From Fimicolochytrium jonesii (taxonomy: Eukaryota), in NCBI RefSeq assembly GCF_025526975.1, contig NW_026515673.1, positions 992,001-1,056,000 of the forward strand: 64,000 nucleotides of DNA, given 5' to 3'. Under the pieces are notes generated by a model. It saw only the letters and a list, made by a program, of their open reading frames with translations. It had not been told where the DNA came from and ran no database searches. This document shows, piece by piece, positions 13,331 through 26,058 of this stretch; position 1 is the first letter of the stretch; each line of letters starts with the position of its first letter. The position numbers and the translations under genes were made by a program.

Positions 13331-16300
13331 TCACGACGATGGCCGCGCCTGTGAGCTTCCCGGACGGGACACAGCAGTGTCAGACGGGTTCGGTGGGGCG
13401 GGTGGATCCGCGGGGGTCGTACTCGAGACGACCTCGGCACTTACGTCGTCGTCACCTATCAGGCTATCGAGTTCTGCGTCGGTGACGATGGGTTGTTGGC
13501 CGGTTGGATCCACGGTATCTGCTAGTGGAGCGGTCGATGGGTCTTCTGCACTTGGAGATGCGGTCGGATCGGGGGATGCATCGGCGAGGGTTGCGTAGAT
13601 GTCGGTGGGATCTGGTGACCTCTCGGTTTGCGATGCCTCCGGTGTCGTGTGATCGACAGCAACCCCTACACCATCAAAACCTGGCCGCCCAGCCCCGGCA
13701 CCCGCAACCGGCAAACTCATCTGAATCGCCGCCCTCACACCACCACCCCTCCTCACACTCTTCCCCGTCGCGCGTCTCCTCACCTCCTGCCCCTGCCCCT
13801 GCAAAGAATTCACACCACCACCCTCCCCACCCGCCTCTCCAGCACCCCTCTCCCTCCTCGCCCCCAACTTCATCATCAAAGTAGCCGTAAAGATATCCGG
13901 CTTACACCCCGCCGCCTTCATATCCTCAAACAACCCAAAAGCCCCCTCCGGATCCCCAGCATGCACAAACGCCGTCAACAGCGCGTTCCACAGCTGCACG
14001 TCCGGCGTAATCGCATACTCCTCCCTTGCCTTTTCGAACCATTTGCGCGCGGATGCGACGTCGCCTTTGTAGGCGTGTACTCGGACCAGCATGTCGAAGG
14101 TGCGTATATCCGGTGCCACGTTGTGGACTTCAGTCGCGAACGCGAATTCTTGCTCGGCTTTTGCAGTGTCGCGTTGGCGTTTGAGGCCTTTGAGGACCGC
14201 GTTGTGGGAAAGGATCGACCCGGTCGTGTGGGCCAACGCGAGCATGTGGCGTTGGATCGCAGCAGCGCGGTCGGTATCGTACCGCATGGAATGCATCTCG
14301 ATCAGCGGGATGTACGTCTGTTCATCGGGCTCGACGCCGCTTGCGATCATGTTACGGTAGACGTCCCCGGCCCCCGCCGCGTCGAGGCGGGAGGCTTCCA
14401 TGTGGATCAGGATGTTGAATGTGACGGTATCGGGCGGGTATCCCTTCTCGACCATGGAGAGGTAGACGCGCATGGCGGCGTCGCGGTCGCCGTTACGTGC
14501 AAAGGCGGCGATGGCGCTGTTGTAGGAGTAGATGGACGTGCGGACGCGAAGGTGCTTGATGGCGTCGAAGGTGCGGTGCACGGCTTCGAGGTCGCCGACG
14601 AGACCGTATCCGTGCATTAAGGTGTTGTAGGTCAGCTCGGTTATAAAATGCCCGTTGTCCTGCATTCTTTTGACGACGGCCGCGGCGCCGTCCATGTCGC
14701 GCGCTTGGCAGTAGGCGTTGATGAGTATGTGCCAGATGTGGTAGTTGGGCGTGTATTGCCGCCGCCGCATGTCTTCGAGGTAGTAGCGGATCTTCTCGAG
14801 GTTGCCCAGCTGCCCGTGGGCGGTCATGACATTTCCGTAGACGACGATGTCGGGCTCGATCCCGCTGTTTAGCATGTGCTGGAAGACCTCGTCGACGCCT
14901 TTGAGGTTCCGGGCGTAGATACACGCGCGGATTGCGAGCGAGTACGTTGATTCGTCCGGGTTGATCCCCGCCATAGTCATTTCATCAAACAACGCGCGCA
15001 CTTTCGCCAGATCTTTCCGTTCCAGAAACGCGTGCATGAAGATGTTATACGTCACGAGCCCCGGTTTGAACCCGGAGTCCTTCATCTCCTCATACACCTC
15101 CGTCGCCTGCGCCAGCAAGTCATCCGACGCCGCCTGTCGCTGCTGATGTGTCACACTCGTCGTCGCGCGCTGGTCTTCCGGCCTGACACCGGTCTCCGCC
15201 TCCTGTTCAAAATCACGCTGCCGACGCCCGCCAGTGAGCAGCCCAGCGAGAAGGGTATCGTAGACCGCGCGATCAGGTTTAATGTCGTTCTTGACCATCT
15301 CCGCGAAGGTGCGGAACATCTCGTCCCGATCGCCGCGCTTGCCGTACCCGTGCATGAGGAACATGTAGGTGTACACGTTGGGGCAAAGACCTTTCTCACG
15401 CATCAAGTCGACCAGTTGCCAGGCGCTGGTCATGTCACCGGAGGAGACGTAGTCGTGGACGAGCCCGTTGTAGAGCAATAGGTTGGGTTTGAGCTTCTCC
15501 ACGCTCGTTCCCATGTCTCCCCGCGACTCCACGTCCATTTTCCCTTCCACCTCATTCAACAGCCAGGATCGGGCGGCTTCGACGCCTTGTCCCTCGATGA
15601 GTACACGCAGCAGAATCTTGTAGGTGAGGTATCGCGGCACAACACCCTGCGCCACCATCTCCCCCAATATCCTCGTACATTCCTTCACGGCCCCCTCCGT
15701 GCCAATATGGGCATACATCAACCCCTCGTAACCCCACACCCCCGGTGTTACGGCACGAGCCGACATCGACTTGAGCAGCAGATTAACGCGTTCCAACCGT
15801 CTAGGCGCGCTAACTCTCGCAATCTTCGCTACGGTACAAATCTCTTTGAACTCGAACTTCTGCAGCTGCTCGAGATCCGCCGGCGCGTCTTTTGCGACTC
15901 GTTCAAAGGTGCGCCAGATCGCCGAGCGGTCTTGGTGCAGGTCCTGGGTATACAGCCCTTCTTCCTCGGCGATCTTCTGGCGGTACTCGTGCAGGAGGTG
16001 GATGAGCTCGAAGACGCTGCCGGGGGTGCGGTCTACGGGCAGCTTCTCGCGCTGTTTTCCTGTTCTCCCTAAAATCGGAGCCTCCGTCTCGATCTTGTCT
16101 TCCAGCAGCGCGTCTATCGCCTCGCTGTAATCGTCGGCGGCGGCGCGCGTCCGTGCAGTGAAATGGAAACCCCGCTGCGCCGCCGTTGTATAATTCGCAC
16201 TATGTGCATGGGGATTGTAGTTCTTTAGCAGATCCGGATGGACTCGCGAACCTTGGGGCGGTTGTTGTGACCCTCCCCCCGATCCCGTCGCATGTTTCTC

Positions 16301-16708
16301 CAACACCGCGTCCGCCCCCAATCCTAGGTTATTCAACATCGACTGAATCTCAGCCGTCACGCCGGGCGGGGTGGGTATCGTGGAATGTTTCCTCCGACTC
16401 CGCGCCGGCCCCGCCACATTCGGGAACAAAACCTGAATCTCGTTATCCATGCGCTCAGGCATCCGGAATGGGTCTGCTCCCGGGTTCGCGACGGGGCGAG
16501 TGGCGTGGCGCCTGTTATTTATGGATGCACATCGCCGGCGGGATTGGTGGCGGTGGTGTGGGGCCGTGGAGGCTTCCATGAACCAGTCGAGGAAAGTTTT
16601 CCAGGGGTCGCCGGGTGAGCCATCGGAGGCGGACGCCAGAGATCGGGCGGTCCGGTGGCCAGCTTGGCAGCTTGTGCGCGGACGGACGGGGTTTCTTCGC
16701 CACAGCAT
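13331..16708 (-). CDS. P-type pentatricopeptide-repeat protein, probably mitochondrial (1125 aa, single exon)
   Basis: Many 35-aa PPR units (PNVYTYMFLMHGYGKRGD, PDIVVYGNVMTAHGQLGN, PDVQLWNALLTAFVHAGD); Arg-rich N-terminus MLWRRNPVRPR...RSLAS. Confidence 0.95.
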   Translation of the reverse strand: MLWRRNPVRPRTSCQAGHRTARSLASASDGSPGDPWKTFLDWFMEASTAPHHRHQSRRRCASINNRRHATRPVANPGADPFRMPERMDNEIQVLFPNVAGPARSRRKHSTIPTPPGVTAEIQSMLNNLGLGADAVLEKHATGSGGGSQQPPQGSRVHPDLLKNYNPHAHSANYTTAAQRGFHFTARTRAAADDYSEAIDALLEDKIETEAPILGRTGKQREKLPVDRTPGSVFELIHLLHEYRQKIAEEEGLYTQDLHQDRSAIWRTFERVAKDAPADLEQLQKFEFKEICTVAKIARVSAPRRLERVNLLLKSMSARAVTPGVWGYEGLMYAHIGTEGAVKECTRILGEMVAQGVVPRYLTYKILLRVLIEGQGVEAARSWLLNEVEGKMDVESRGDMGTSVEKLKPNLLLYNGLVHDYVSSGDMTSAWQLVDLMREKGLCPNVYTYMFLMHGYGKRGDRDEMFRTFAEMVKNDIKPDRAVYDTLLAGLLTGGRRQRDFEQEAETGVRPEDQRATTSVTHQQRQAASDDLLAQATEVYEEMKDSGFKPGLVTYNIFMHAFLERKDLAKVRALFDEMTMAGINPDESTYSLAIRACIYARNLKGVDEVFQHMLNSGIEPDIVVYGNVMTAHGQLGNLEKIRYYLEDMRRRQYTPNYHIWHILINAYCQARDMDGAAAVVKRMQDNGHFITELTYNTLMHGYGLVGDLEAVHRTFDAIKHLRVRTSIYSYNSAIAAFARNGDRDAAMRVYLSMVEKGYPPDTVTFNILIHMEASRLDAAGAGDVYRNMIASGVEPDEQTYIPLIEMHSMRYDTDRAAAIQRHMLALAHTTGSILSHNAVLKGLKRQRDTAKAEQEFAFATEVHNVAPDIRTFDMLVRVHAYKGDVASARKWFEKAREEYAITPDVQLWNALLTAFVHAGDPEGAFGLFEDMKAAGCKPDIFTATLMMKLGARRERGAGEAGGEGGGVNSLQGQGQEVRRRATGKSVRRGGGVRAAIQMSLPVAGAGAGRPGFDGVGVAVDHTTPEASQTERSPDPTDIYATLADASPDPTASPSAEDPSTAPLADTVDPTGQQPIVTDAELDSLIGDDDVSAEVVSSTTPADPPAPPNPSDTAVSRPGSSQARPSS

Positions 16709-19657
16709 TGTTCAGTTCGAGGGAGTATACCCCTATTGCTCTCTGTTGAGTCCTTTTATTGGCGAGAATCGGAGGTGGTGGTGGGGGGTATCCTCTCTTA
16801 CTCTGGCCCAAACGTCCTCCTCGACAAGCCTTCCCCGAGACTACCTACAGCCGTGACTCTCTCGCCGTAAGCGGTTTGCCAAACATAGGTTGGATACACT
16901 GATATTACCTCTTCAGATGCGAGTCGTCAGTGATGTCGCTTGCAGTTTGCACTTGCAGTTTTTGGGACGGAGCAGCCATTCCGAAAGCATTTATTATCGG
17001 GAGGCTCATGTCAGTGGCGGTCACGTGCAACTTTGGATTTAAAGATGCCTCTGCTTGACGTTTTTGGCTTCTAAATTCTGCCTGAGAAACAATCGATAGC
17101 AACGAGCAAGTCGCCTACAATACATCTAGAGGCGCTCGCACTTGGGAGATCCTTCTCTAATTTCACAGTATTCGGCGCTTTGGCCTTAGTGATCCTATCG
17201 ATGCCGACGGGAACACGTGTGGAAGCGGATTTAAATGCGTACGTGTTAGCAAGCGCCGTTAAGCTCGGAAAGGTTTCATCACCAAGAACAAGGAAGAGAA
17301 GCTCATGACAGAAGGAAGACGAGCTTGCTTCCAGCAGCGCATCAATGTGCGACAACGTCGCCAAATCGAAATCGCGGTGAGAGGATTTGCATCCAGAAGT
17401 AAACTGGAGGAGGGCGTCATGTTATACGTAGTAGGAGTTCGGGTAGTTCCGGCTTGGCAGCGATGGGGAGGTTCGAGGATTCGAGAGAAGCGGGACGCAG
17501 AGTTTTCGATGGATGCACGCATTCGACCCTCGTCCTCATGAAGGAGCTCATCCTCGCAGGCCACACTTCAAATTAACCCTGCGCTACCGGAAACGTCAAG
17601 CATGATCCAGCGAAAAGCGTTCCTCCGTATGTAGATAGCAAGAGAAGGGAGCACCGCTTCTGCCTTCTGGTCCACATGCTGGACGGGATGCGCGGGTGCC
17701 CTCGTGTGTCCGGCGGAGGCTTTGGATTCCGGGGTGGTGGGATGGGGGCACCGGCGATCAGGAAAGCCTCAACATTCCACCACTCCAAGTCAGCATGTAC
17801 TGTAGTTATCACATATGGGTAGTAATCGGAGAAAGGATGCAGGCATCTTTCCAGAGTCAAAGATGGAGCCTCCGAAAGTTCAGCAAGATGATAACTTACA
17901 GTACATGATCTTCGGACGCTTCGACCCAGCCCTGCGATCATTATCGGTCTAAAGTCAGGTTTCCGCCTGTCCGTTTCGCCCAGAGCGTTCGATGCCTCTG
18001 TATTTGGGTCTGCCTCTTGCCATCCGTCCGGAATCTCCTTTGAGCCGGGTGTGTCAAATGTACGGGCGACACTGCAGCGAAATGAATGGAACGCCTGGCG
18101 TCTATTGAATTTGGCCAGGTCTCGACTGTCTGTCGACAGCGTTGGGAAGCGGGCATCCCTGCAATCTCTCGGCTCCGAGCATGATTTCCGACAGGTGCTG
18201 CGGCGGCGACCGTCGACCGCTACGTCCGCCTGGTGTATGGGATCTCTATGCGGTGGTGTAGGATCCCTACCTGCTCGTAGATATGCACGGTTGTATGCCT
18301 GGCTGACTGCCAGTGATGAAGGTCAGAAGAACTCCAGCAGAAACTTTTAGAGTTGATGTGGGATGGATGGGAGGCAGCGCCCGGACGCTCCTTGGCATTC
18401 AAACTATATACGAGGCGGCCTATCGACATCGACGACGAAATATGCGGAAGCGCAAGGGCAGCACTGGTGGGGGAAATGCGCGGTTTCTCATCTCACACCC
18501 CCAGGAAAAAATCCACGTCCCCATAACCCAGGTTTTTTGCCAACGGTGAACCAACAACACGGCTCAGCCCCGGCCGCATACAGAGGATGAAGTTGTAGCC
18601 CATTATAAGATTCAGTACAATGAATGAACATGAAGCTGATGTGGAATGCACGAAATTTTGAGTTTTTGGACGATCCACGGAGCACCAAGCGGCGGCGAGG
18701 CCGGGCGCTGCATGGGATATGGTAGATGGAAGTTAATGAGCATGAAGAAGATAGTAATTTGGGGCATGTTCTGGCGGCCGTGAAAAGGTCGCCAGGACGC
18801 CAACGGGGTTGTTGCCTTTGCCACTTTTAGTTGTAGGAATATGGGATAATAGCGATCTCTTCATGTCTTTGCAAGCCGAGCTGTTCCGTTGGTGGGGCTG
18901 TTGCATGCATAATCGGGATCAGGATTCAGGACTTTTTAGCCTTGTCTTTTCCTCTGCGGTGGCGATTTTGCAGGTGGAGTCCCATGCGGAGGAAGTGAGC
19001 GGCGATTGAGAATACGTGCGAGCGGCGGTGGGCGGGCGGTGACTTACTTTCCTTCCCTGACTCCCTGTTGCACGGGGAGCCTCCTCCTCGTTCCCGTCCT
19101 ATTACATGAGGCCACTTGGGTTATGGTTTGCCTTTCCCAGTGGCGATTGCGAAACGGATATTAGCCCCCCGCTATAACCCCCCCCCTCCTCCCAAAGGGC
19201 CCCTGCGCCTTCTCCTGGTTTGCAACCATCTCTAAACTATACCAGTACGTACTCCCAACGCTGGCTGTCCTAAACGTAACGTTACCTCGTCGTCGTCATC
19301 CCCTTTTCCCACCACGACCGCCTTACTCACTCCCTCTTCTCAACCGCAGTCGACCGCAAATGCCCTCGCCGTGAAGAACAAACTCAACTCCGCCCCCCAT
19401 CCCCTACGAAAAGCGCTGGCTCGCTGGGAAAGCCCTCACCTCACTTTCAACTCCCGCAATTCCCATCACCATAGCTGGACACACAACACCCACCGTAGAT
19501 CGGCAGCAACAACAGCAGCATTAGAAGCACCTTGCAGAGGACGGCAGAGCTACAATAGACGATAGAAGCAAAGAAACAACTCGCAAGCGACATTTCCCAC
19601 CTACTTGTGCAGGCCCACATTCCCACGACTCACCACCGAACTTCACATCACGGAACC

Positions 19658-20769
19658 ATGCTCTCTTCATACCGCTACTGTCTAGCTGTCCTAGCCATTC
19701 TCTCGATATGGGTCTGCGAGCTTGCGAACGCGCAGATTGTCACCACCATAATCGTCCGACCGCCTCCTCCTCGACCAACACCAGTTCCAGTTCCCCCACC
19801 ACGGCCCGTTCCCCCAACCATAGTCCCTCAACCGCCGACTCCTGTCGTCCCTGCTCCACGCCCAACCGTCGTCGTCCCTCGTCCCGTACCCGTACCGGTA
19901 CCCACTGTCGTAGCCCCACCAGCACCCACTTCCGTCGGGCCAGCCCCCGTATTTCCCACCGCAGCACCCGTTCCACCCGCCGCACCGGATGTCCCGCCTA
20001 CAACGGATGAAATCATCCCGTCTTCTGTGTCCCTGGCGGTGGTGGCGACGCCTTCCGCTCGTCCCGGCATCAACTTGATACCAGCGGCTCCGCCGGCCGC
20101 GCCTGCTACCGCTGGTACTCCGGCTGCCGAGACGACTGGCAGTAAACCGGTTTTCTCAGGACCTCTGCGAATCGGTGTGATTATTCTGGGTGCATTGCTC
20201 GGACTCACGATCGTTCTTGGACTGGGCTCGCTTATCATCCACAAGGTATGTTTCCTCAAGTTTTCTTTAGGAGCTTGTCTGACTTGTCATGTCTCCCTGA
20301 GATCTACAAGCTAATCATCTATGCATTCCCACAGCTCAAGCGCAAAAGCCACGACGGAGCCGACTTTTCCCTTCCCTCCCGCCTCTCCGGCACCTTCAAC
20401 CGCGCCTTCCGCAACAACTCCCAAAACCCTACAATAATGCCCTCCGGCAAAGGCCCCGCCCTACCCCCGAAATTCGCCGAATACGGCGCCTCCCAACCCA
20501 TGACCATGACACCATCCTCCCGCCCCGCGCGCGCACCCATGCCCTTCACATCAATGGCACCCTCCGCCTTCTCCACCGCGGGCCCACAACCGCGCATGCA
20601 CGCCGCGTACGCAGACTCGCCGTGGACGCAACCGCCACCCGCTGCGTCGCAAGCGGGTGGGTATCCCGCACCGTACTCGCCGGTGGTGCCGCAGCCAAAT
20701 TACGGAGGGCCGGCGGCGAGCCAGGGTGGGTATGGGTATGGGAATGGGTCGGGACAGGCATATAGATAG
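19658..20769 (+). CDS. Type I membrane protein: signal peptide, Pro/Val/Thr-rich ectodomain, one TM helix, Pro/Tyr-rich tail; intron 20246-20334
   Basis: MLSSYRYCLAVLAILSIWVCELANA signal; PPPRPTPVPVPPP tract; TM IGVIILGALLGLTIVLGLGSLII followed by HK|LKRK across a phase-0 intron. Confidence 0.8.
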
Positions 20770-22681
20770 GATTGGACACCCAGAGAGGCGTAGGATTTTT
20801 GTGCTGCATGGACGTATACCCCCATCCCACTCCCACAAAAAAAGACAGTAATGCACCCTGTTAATGCTGGACAATCCTGTGCTCCTCTCCCTACCATGTT
20901 GGCGTAGTCCACCTCACACCAAACTACTTTTTTATTGTTTACATGCCCATGCTATTTTCTGTACCTGACATTTCTTTTGCGTTCTATATTGCATAATACT
21001 TTTTCGTTCTACCTTACACTTCATGATTCATTTGGCCATTTACTTGTTTCATTCGCGTATCCTTCGGCAGATTTTTCTTTGCTTGTTATAGAAACATCAA
21101 ATAACACAACCCCATCATGTGAAGAATAGAAGCCAAACCACCGAATGCATAACACCCACCAACTCCGTAAACCTCAAAACACAAACATGGAGCTGAAATC
21201 AAAAACCCAGAACATTCAGCCGAGGCAAAGAAAGCCACAAGATTCCCCCTTTTTATGGAAAAGATATACAAAATGCCGTTCGGCGAGCGGATGAGCTTGC
21301 GTCGGATGCAGCGATGATGTGGGAACCACGGTCGATGTGGATCTGCGCCTCCCAAGTCCTGCGTAGTTCAGACGCTTGCATCCCTGCACCCCATTCCTTT
21401 GGAACGTGCTCCCCCTCACACCGAACAAGGCCGTAGAACCGATACAAGGCGGGGTTTGAGGACCTCGCTGCTGGCCAATGCATGAGGCGCACTGGTGGTG
21501 TGTCCTCCGCCTCCATCAAACGGACAAGGATCCACAGTGAGGTGGCCGGGATACCTGTCACGGGCAGTCGGGCGGTAGAACTCATGAACTAGATGCTTTT
21601 GCTCTGCATGCATTTTCATTCATGCTTTGCATCGGTGGCCAGACGTGCAGCGCGGAATCTCAATAGCACAATTGGGCGCACACCCATCCAAGTATACGAT
21701 GGATGGCGGGTTGGTGACTTGGGCCCGGCTGCCATGTCCTGTCTCAATGCCGTGGCGCGGCGGAGCCACTTTGCGCCGTAGATTTTGTTCGGCGACTTTC
21801 CCTCATGCGCCTCTCGAAAGACGCCCAGTTGAGAAAATCATAGGCATACGGAAAGCAATGCAGACGTATTGATGCCCCTGCCCCGATGTGGTGACCAGAC
21901 AACGGAGCAGTCGCACACTCAAAGAGCAACGAGGACCTGTCTCTACGGGAGACCAGGGAACAAGGTCCATTTCTTCGTCTCGTTGAGACACTTTGTGGCC
22001 CAATGACAACAAGCAGAAGCTTGGGGAATCTCCTCGGATCTCCTGAGTGACGGCAGGCTGCACTCATACATCGATGCACGAAAGCGTCGAGGTTTGCCCC
22101 CGGATACTCGTTCGCTCTATCCGCCTTCTCCGCTTTCTTCGCGAGCTCGTCCTTTGGGCCACTGTTGATCCTGTCAGACCTTCTCCTCGACCTAGGTACG
22201 GCAAGAACCTGCAGCATGGGCATCGGCGGTTGCCTTTAGTTTTAGGTTCCTCCAGGCCTTGCTGGCCCCCAAAGAGGGGTGCAAGTTGTAGGGTTTGGCA
22301 CACCTCGATAGTAGTTCACTGATGCGGTAGGATTCCCTTTCGACCGCCATCCATACGGAAGCGCAACATCGTCCTCGTCACGGAGGATGGATAGCTCACT
22401 TTACAGGACTTCGCTGGCCAACAACCCCATTGGCCGTGCGAATCTCTCTCTTCTTGAAGGGTTGAAGATGCCCTCAGCTCAGATGATTTTGACAGCGCGG
22501 CGGGCGACTGACAGCATGAGTGTGGGTGGCTGTGCTCAAACCGGCCGCTCCTTCTCGCTTCCTTCCTTGCCTAAGTTGCCTGCGCTCATGCCGTCCTCCT
22601 TCCCACGCAATTGCTACTATCCATTTGCACCACAGTCCCTCTCTCCCAATCACCCACACAACAGCAACATATATCGCAAAA

Positions 22682-23717
22682 ATGTCCAGCTCAAAGACAG
22701 GTCAAGTGCAGAACCAGGTCGACGAGGTCGTCGGCATCATGCAGGACAACATCAACAAGGTCATGCAGCGCGGGGAACAACTCGACACTCTTCAGAATAA
22801 GACTGGTGAGTTGAACAATTCACGGAGAGGACTGTCCTGCGCCTGGGAAGAGAGAGGCACTGGTAGAGGAGCTGAGGAATTGCAGGAAGTGCGCCCGATA
22901 TCGTGAAGACATACGCCGACTGGGGGAAAGGGTAAACCAACTGCAAATGACAACCGAGCTGGTGACGTCTTTTGGCTTGGCGGGTTACTTGGAGTCGGCC
23001 GGGGGCTGGGAGGTGACGAGTTGGCTGGGCTGCGTGTTATTTGAGGAGCAGGGGAGCCGGTATTGCGTTTGATCAAGTCCACCGTCAAGGGCGGCACGAT
23101 ATCCACCGCATTCTGCGTTATTCCTCTCAATCAACCCGACTCACAATCTCTTTCAATCGCCCCGAACAGACGACCTCCAAAACTCATCGCTGCAATTCAA
23201 GCGTGGCGCCAACCGTGTGCGGAAGCAGATGTGGTGGAAGGACATGAAGATGAAGCTCATCATTGGCGGTGTTATCGCCGCGATTATTATTATTATCGTT
23301 GGTGAGTTGCGTGTGGGCTTGGCGAGGTGTTTGCGAGTGAGCGGTGGTGGGGTAAAGCAGGGCGCAAGGATGCTGGAGGGTGGGCGAGCGATGGGCGATC
23401 GCGAGCGGTCGAGAGCATTGGTGATTCTGGCGGGCTATCGTTATTGTCCGGCGGTAGCGAGCCCTCGGATTGTCGCAGTGGGCAATGAGCATGTATCTGC
23501 GAGTGTCATTGGGCCTTGGTATCTCTTTGATTCTTGGCAAGCGAAGCGAACATCAAATGCCCGAGCTCAGTGAGGGTCCGCGAGTGGGAAGTCGTTTGGG
23601 GAGAGAGGTTGGCACGTCAATCCACCGGTGTATACTCATCACTTCCGTATCCCCTTTTTCCTCACAGTCACCGTCGTCGGCACAAAGAAGAACGACAACT
23701 CTCAACCGCAAACTTAA
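22682..23717 (+). CDS. SNC1: Synaptobrevin/VAMP R-SNARE, Snc1/2-like (exons 22682-22805, 23170-23301, 23668-23717)
   Basis: [80 protein letters not shown] motif plus C-terminal TM. Confidence 0.95.
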
Positions 23718-24598
23718 GGCCCGCGCTTCCCCAACATCATCACGCCGCCGGAAACTTAACCCCATCTGTAATATCGCAACCCCCCCCGTCACTTAACCGA
23801 ACACACCTCGGGCATGTGCTCCCGTTCCCGTCAAAGCTTCACCTCCCACGGCGTACATTTGGCAACCCACCCCAAATCGGCGTAAACGAGCGCAACGGGG
23901 AAAATCCTCCCACTCTTTCTGGACTTCTGAATGTCACGCGAAAAAGCTGTAGGGGGGCGCTCTTATCCACCCGTAATGTCCCTTTCCTCCCATCTTTCCC
24001 TTCATTTTTGCGACCCTTCCCGGCCTCTCTTGTACAGCTTTAGTTGTTTTTTTTTATGTGTGAATGCATGAAAATGTAAAAACCTATGTCCCTCACAGTG
24101 GGAAAGATGACCGCTATGCGAGCCGCCACACCTCTCTTCCCATGTGCGTCGGGAGCGGGGCACCCTCGAACTCCTCGGGGGGCGGGTCGGGTAAGCCCCG
24201 TTTGTTGTGAATAAGTGAAGCGGTAGATGTATGGCTAACAGGCGGACATCCGCAAGAGGTGGGTGAGGAGTGGATGTCCGGGTGGAGGAAGGGTGCCGGG
24301 TGGGATGGGCGGGGTGGCATGGGGACTGGGGGGGCGGAGAGGGGTTGTGACGGAGGAGAGTAGAGGGGAGGGGTGAGTTCTGAGTGGATAGCACGGAAAT
24401 GTTGAGGCATGAGCAAGAATTTCCATCTTTTTGACGCCCCCAGGCTGCTGGGAAGGGGTTTTCCTTTTATTATTTCGTTACAACATGTGTCCCACGACCT
24501 ATACTCCCATCCCACTTCCAAAAAATCTGACATCTACAAAGCCGTCGGTAGACCTACAGGCGTTCCCTCCGCGCACACGAAAGCCCTGCTGCTCGTCC

Positions 24599-26058
24599 TC
24601 ACTTCCCCGCCCCCTCCTTCCCACCATCCTTAACGTCCCTAACCTTCTCCTCGCCAATAAGCTGCACATTATACCTCCTCCACGCAAAATACCTCGGCAG
24701 CACCGCAACTCCGCACACCGACTTGAAGACATTCGCGAAAATGACGACGTCGGGGTTCGTGAGGGAGATTTTCCAGTGGCCTGATGTCGGTTGTTGTGCT
24801 CCCTCCTCTGTCGCTTCTGTCTTGGACTCTGACGCAAGCGCGTCAGCCCCAACACATTCGAGTATGACATCCCGCAAAGCTACGGTTTTGAACGTGTTGT
24901 GGTTGCGGATTTCGGAGATGACTGCAAGGGTTGGGATTGTTGGGGGGGATGATTGCGGGGGTTGGTGTGCGGCGAGGAGCGTGGGAAGGGTGGATTGAAG
25001 GTGGGAGCGGATGTCGGGGTAGGTTGAGGGCATTGTGTGGGTTACGGGCAGGAGACGCTGTGGGGAGGGAGGGATGTGAGGATGGGATCCCGGCCGAATG
25101 TTATGCCGCTGCTGGCACATACCGAGCAATGAGAGATACCCTTTTTCAGTGCTGCTTGTTCGGCGGGCGGGAGGGATTCGATGTGTTCTAGTAGTGAAAG
25201 GGGGGGTTAGGTCAGGGGAGTTCTACGCCACAATGGACTAACGAGTGAGACCGCGACACCCAAGCCTTTTCCTCCACTCACCAAACAACCGGACAACGAA
25301 ATCCACCGGGTCGGTATCCACCCTGAACCGGATGAAAATCAACCCCGCACACGCAGCATCCACCGCCTGGAACTTCTTATCCTTCTCCCGTTCCTTTCCT
25401 TTCCCCTCTATCACAGTCCTGTCGGCATCATCAGCCCTCCTCTCATCCTCCACCTCATCCTCATCCGCGTCCGTGTCCACCTCTCCCGTCCTCACATCGC
25501 TTTTTGAATTTTCCACAGCACCGTAGAAATCCGGCCTCGTGGTGCCTTCCCCGACGATTGCTAAATCTATGTCAAGCGGTGCTGGCTGACTGGGCCATAC
25601 GGTGACGTGGTCGGGGAAGAGGATGGGTAGGTAGGTGTCGAGGAAGGTTCGTATTTGGCCCTATTGTAGCAGATACAAGGCGTTTAGGAAATCATTCGCT
25701 GGCCAGATCTGCTCCCCGAGTCGAGTCTGATGTGTTGATATGCTCACCGCATCAGACTCGATGAACACCCATACCCCCTCGCACTCACCAAAGCCCTCGT
25801 CTCGGCCCCCACCGGACACGTCACAATCAACCCACGCGGCTTCTCAGCGCCGTCCGACCGCGTCCCATGCAGCAACGAGGAATGTTTACGGAGGAAGCGG
25901 TTTTTGAACTTCCCTCGGCTGATGGGGAGGGTGTTGCTGACTTTATTTTGTTTTTTCTGTCGTTTCGCGGTGGGCGATGTGGGCGCGTCGGTTGTGAGGG
26001 ACCGTTTGGCGGCGCGCGGGGTTGGGGCTGAGGGACGGGTGGGGGGTGGGGATGACAT
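24599..26058 (-). CDS. TAN1: THUMP-domain tRNA-modification adaptor (Tan1/THUMPD1-like), multi-exon
   Basis: RGLIVTCPVGAETRA; KFQAVDAACAGLIFIRF...DPVDFV; RLLPV; WKISLTNPDVVIFANVFKSVCGVAVLPRYFAWRRYNV are Tan1-family motifs. Confidence 0.8.

Noticed and set aside
13331..16708. PPR protein as a DYW-type RNA-editing factor
   Set aside because: No E/DYW domain or HxE...CxxC deaminase motif; the tail is low-complexity.
16900..19300. Short ORFs (e.g. 17071-17364 and 17573-17941, minus) as a gene or upstream PPR exons
   Set aside because: No recognisable motifs or consistent splice model; the PPR ORF already has its own ATG and presequence.
21150..22500. Possible gene, snoRNA or element between the Pro-rich gene and synaptobrevin
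   Set aside because: Only short, motif-free ORFs; no convincing C/D or H/ACA box pairs or terminal repeats.
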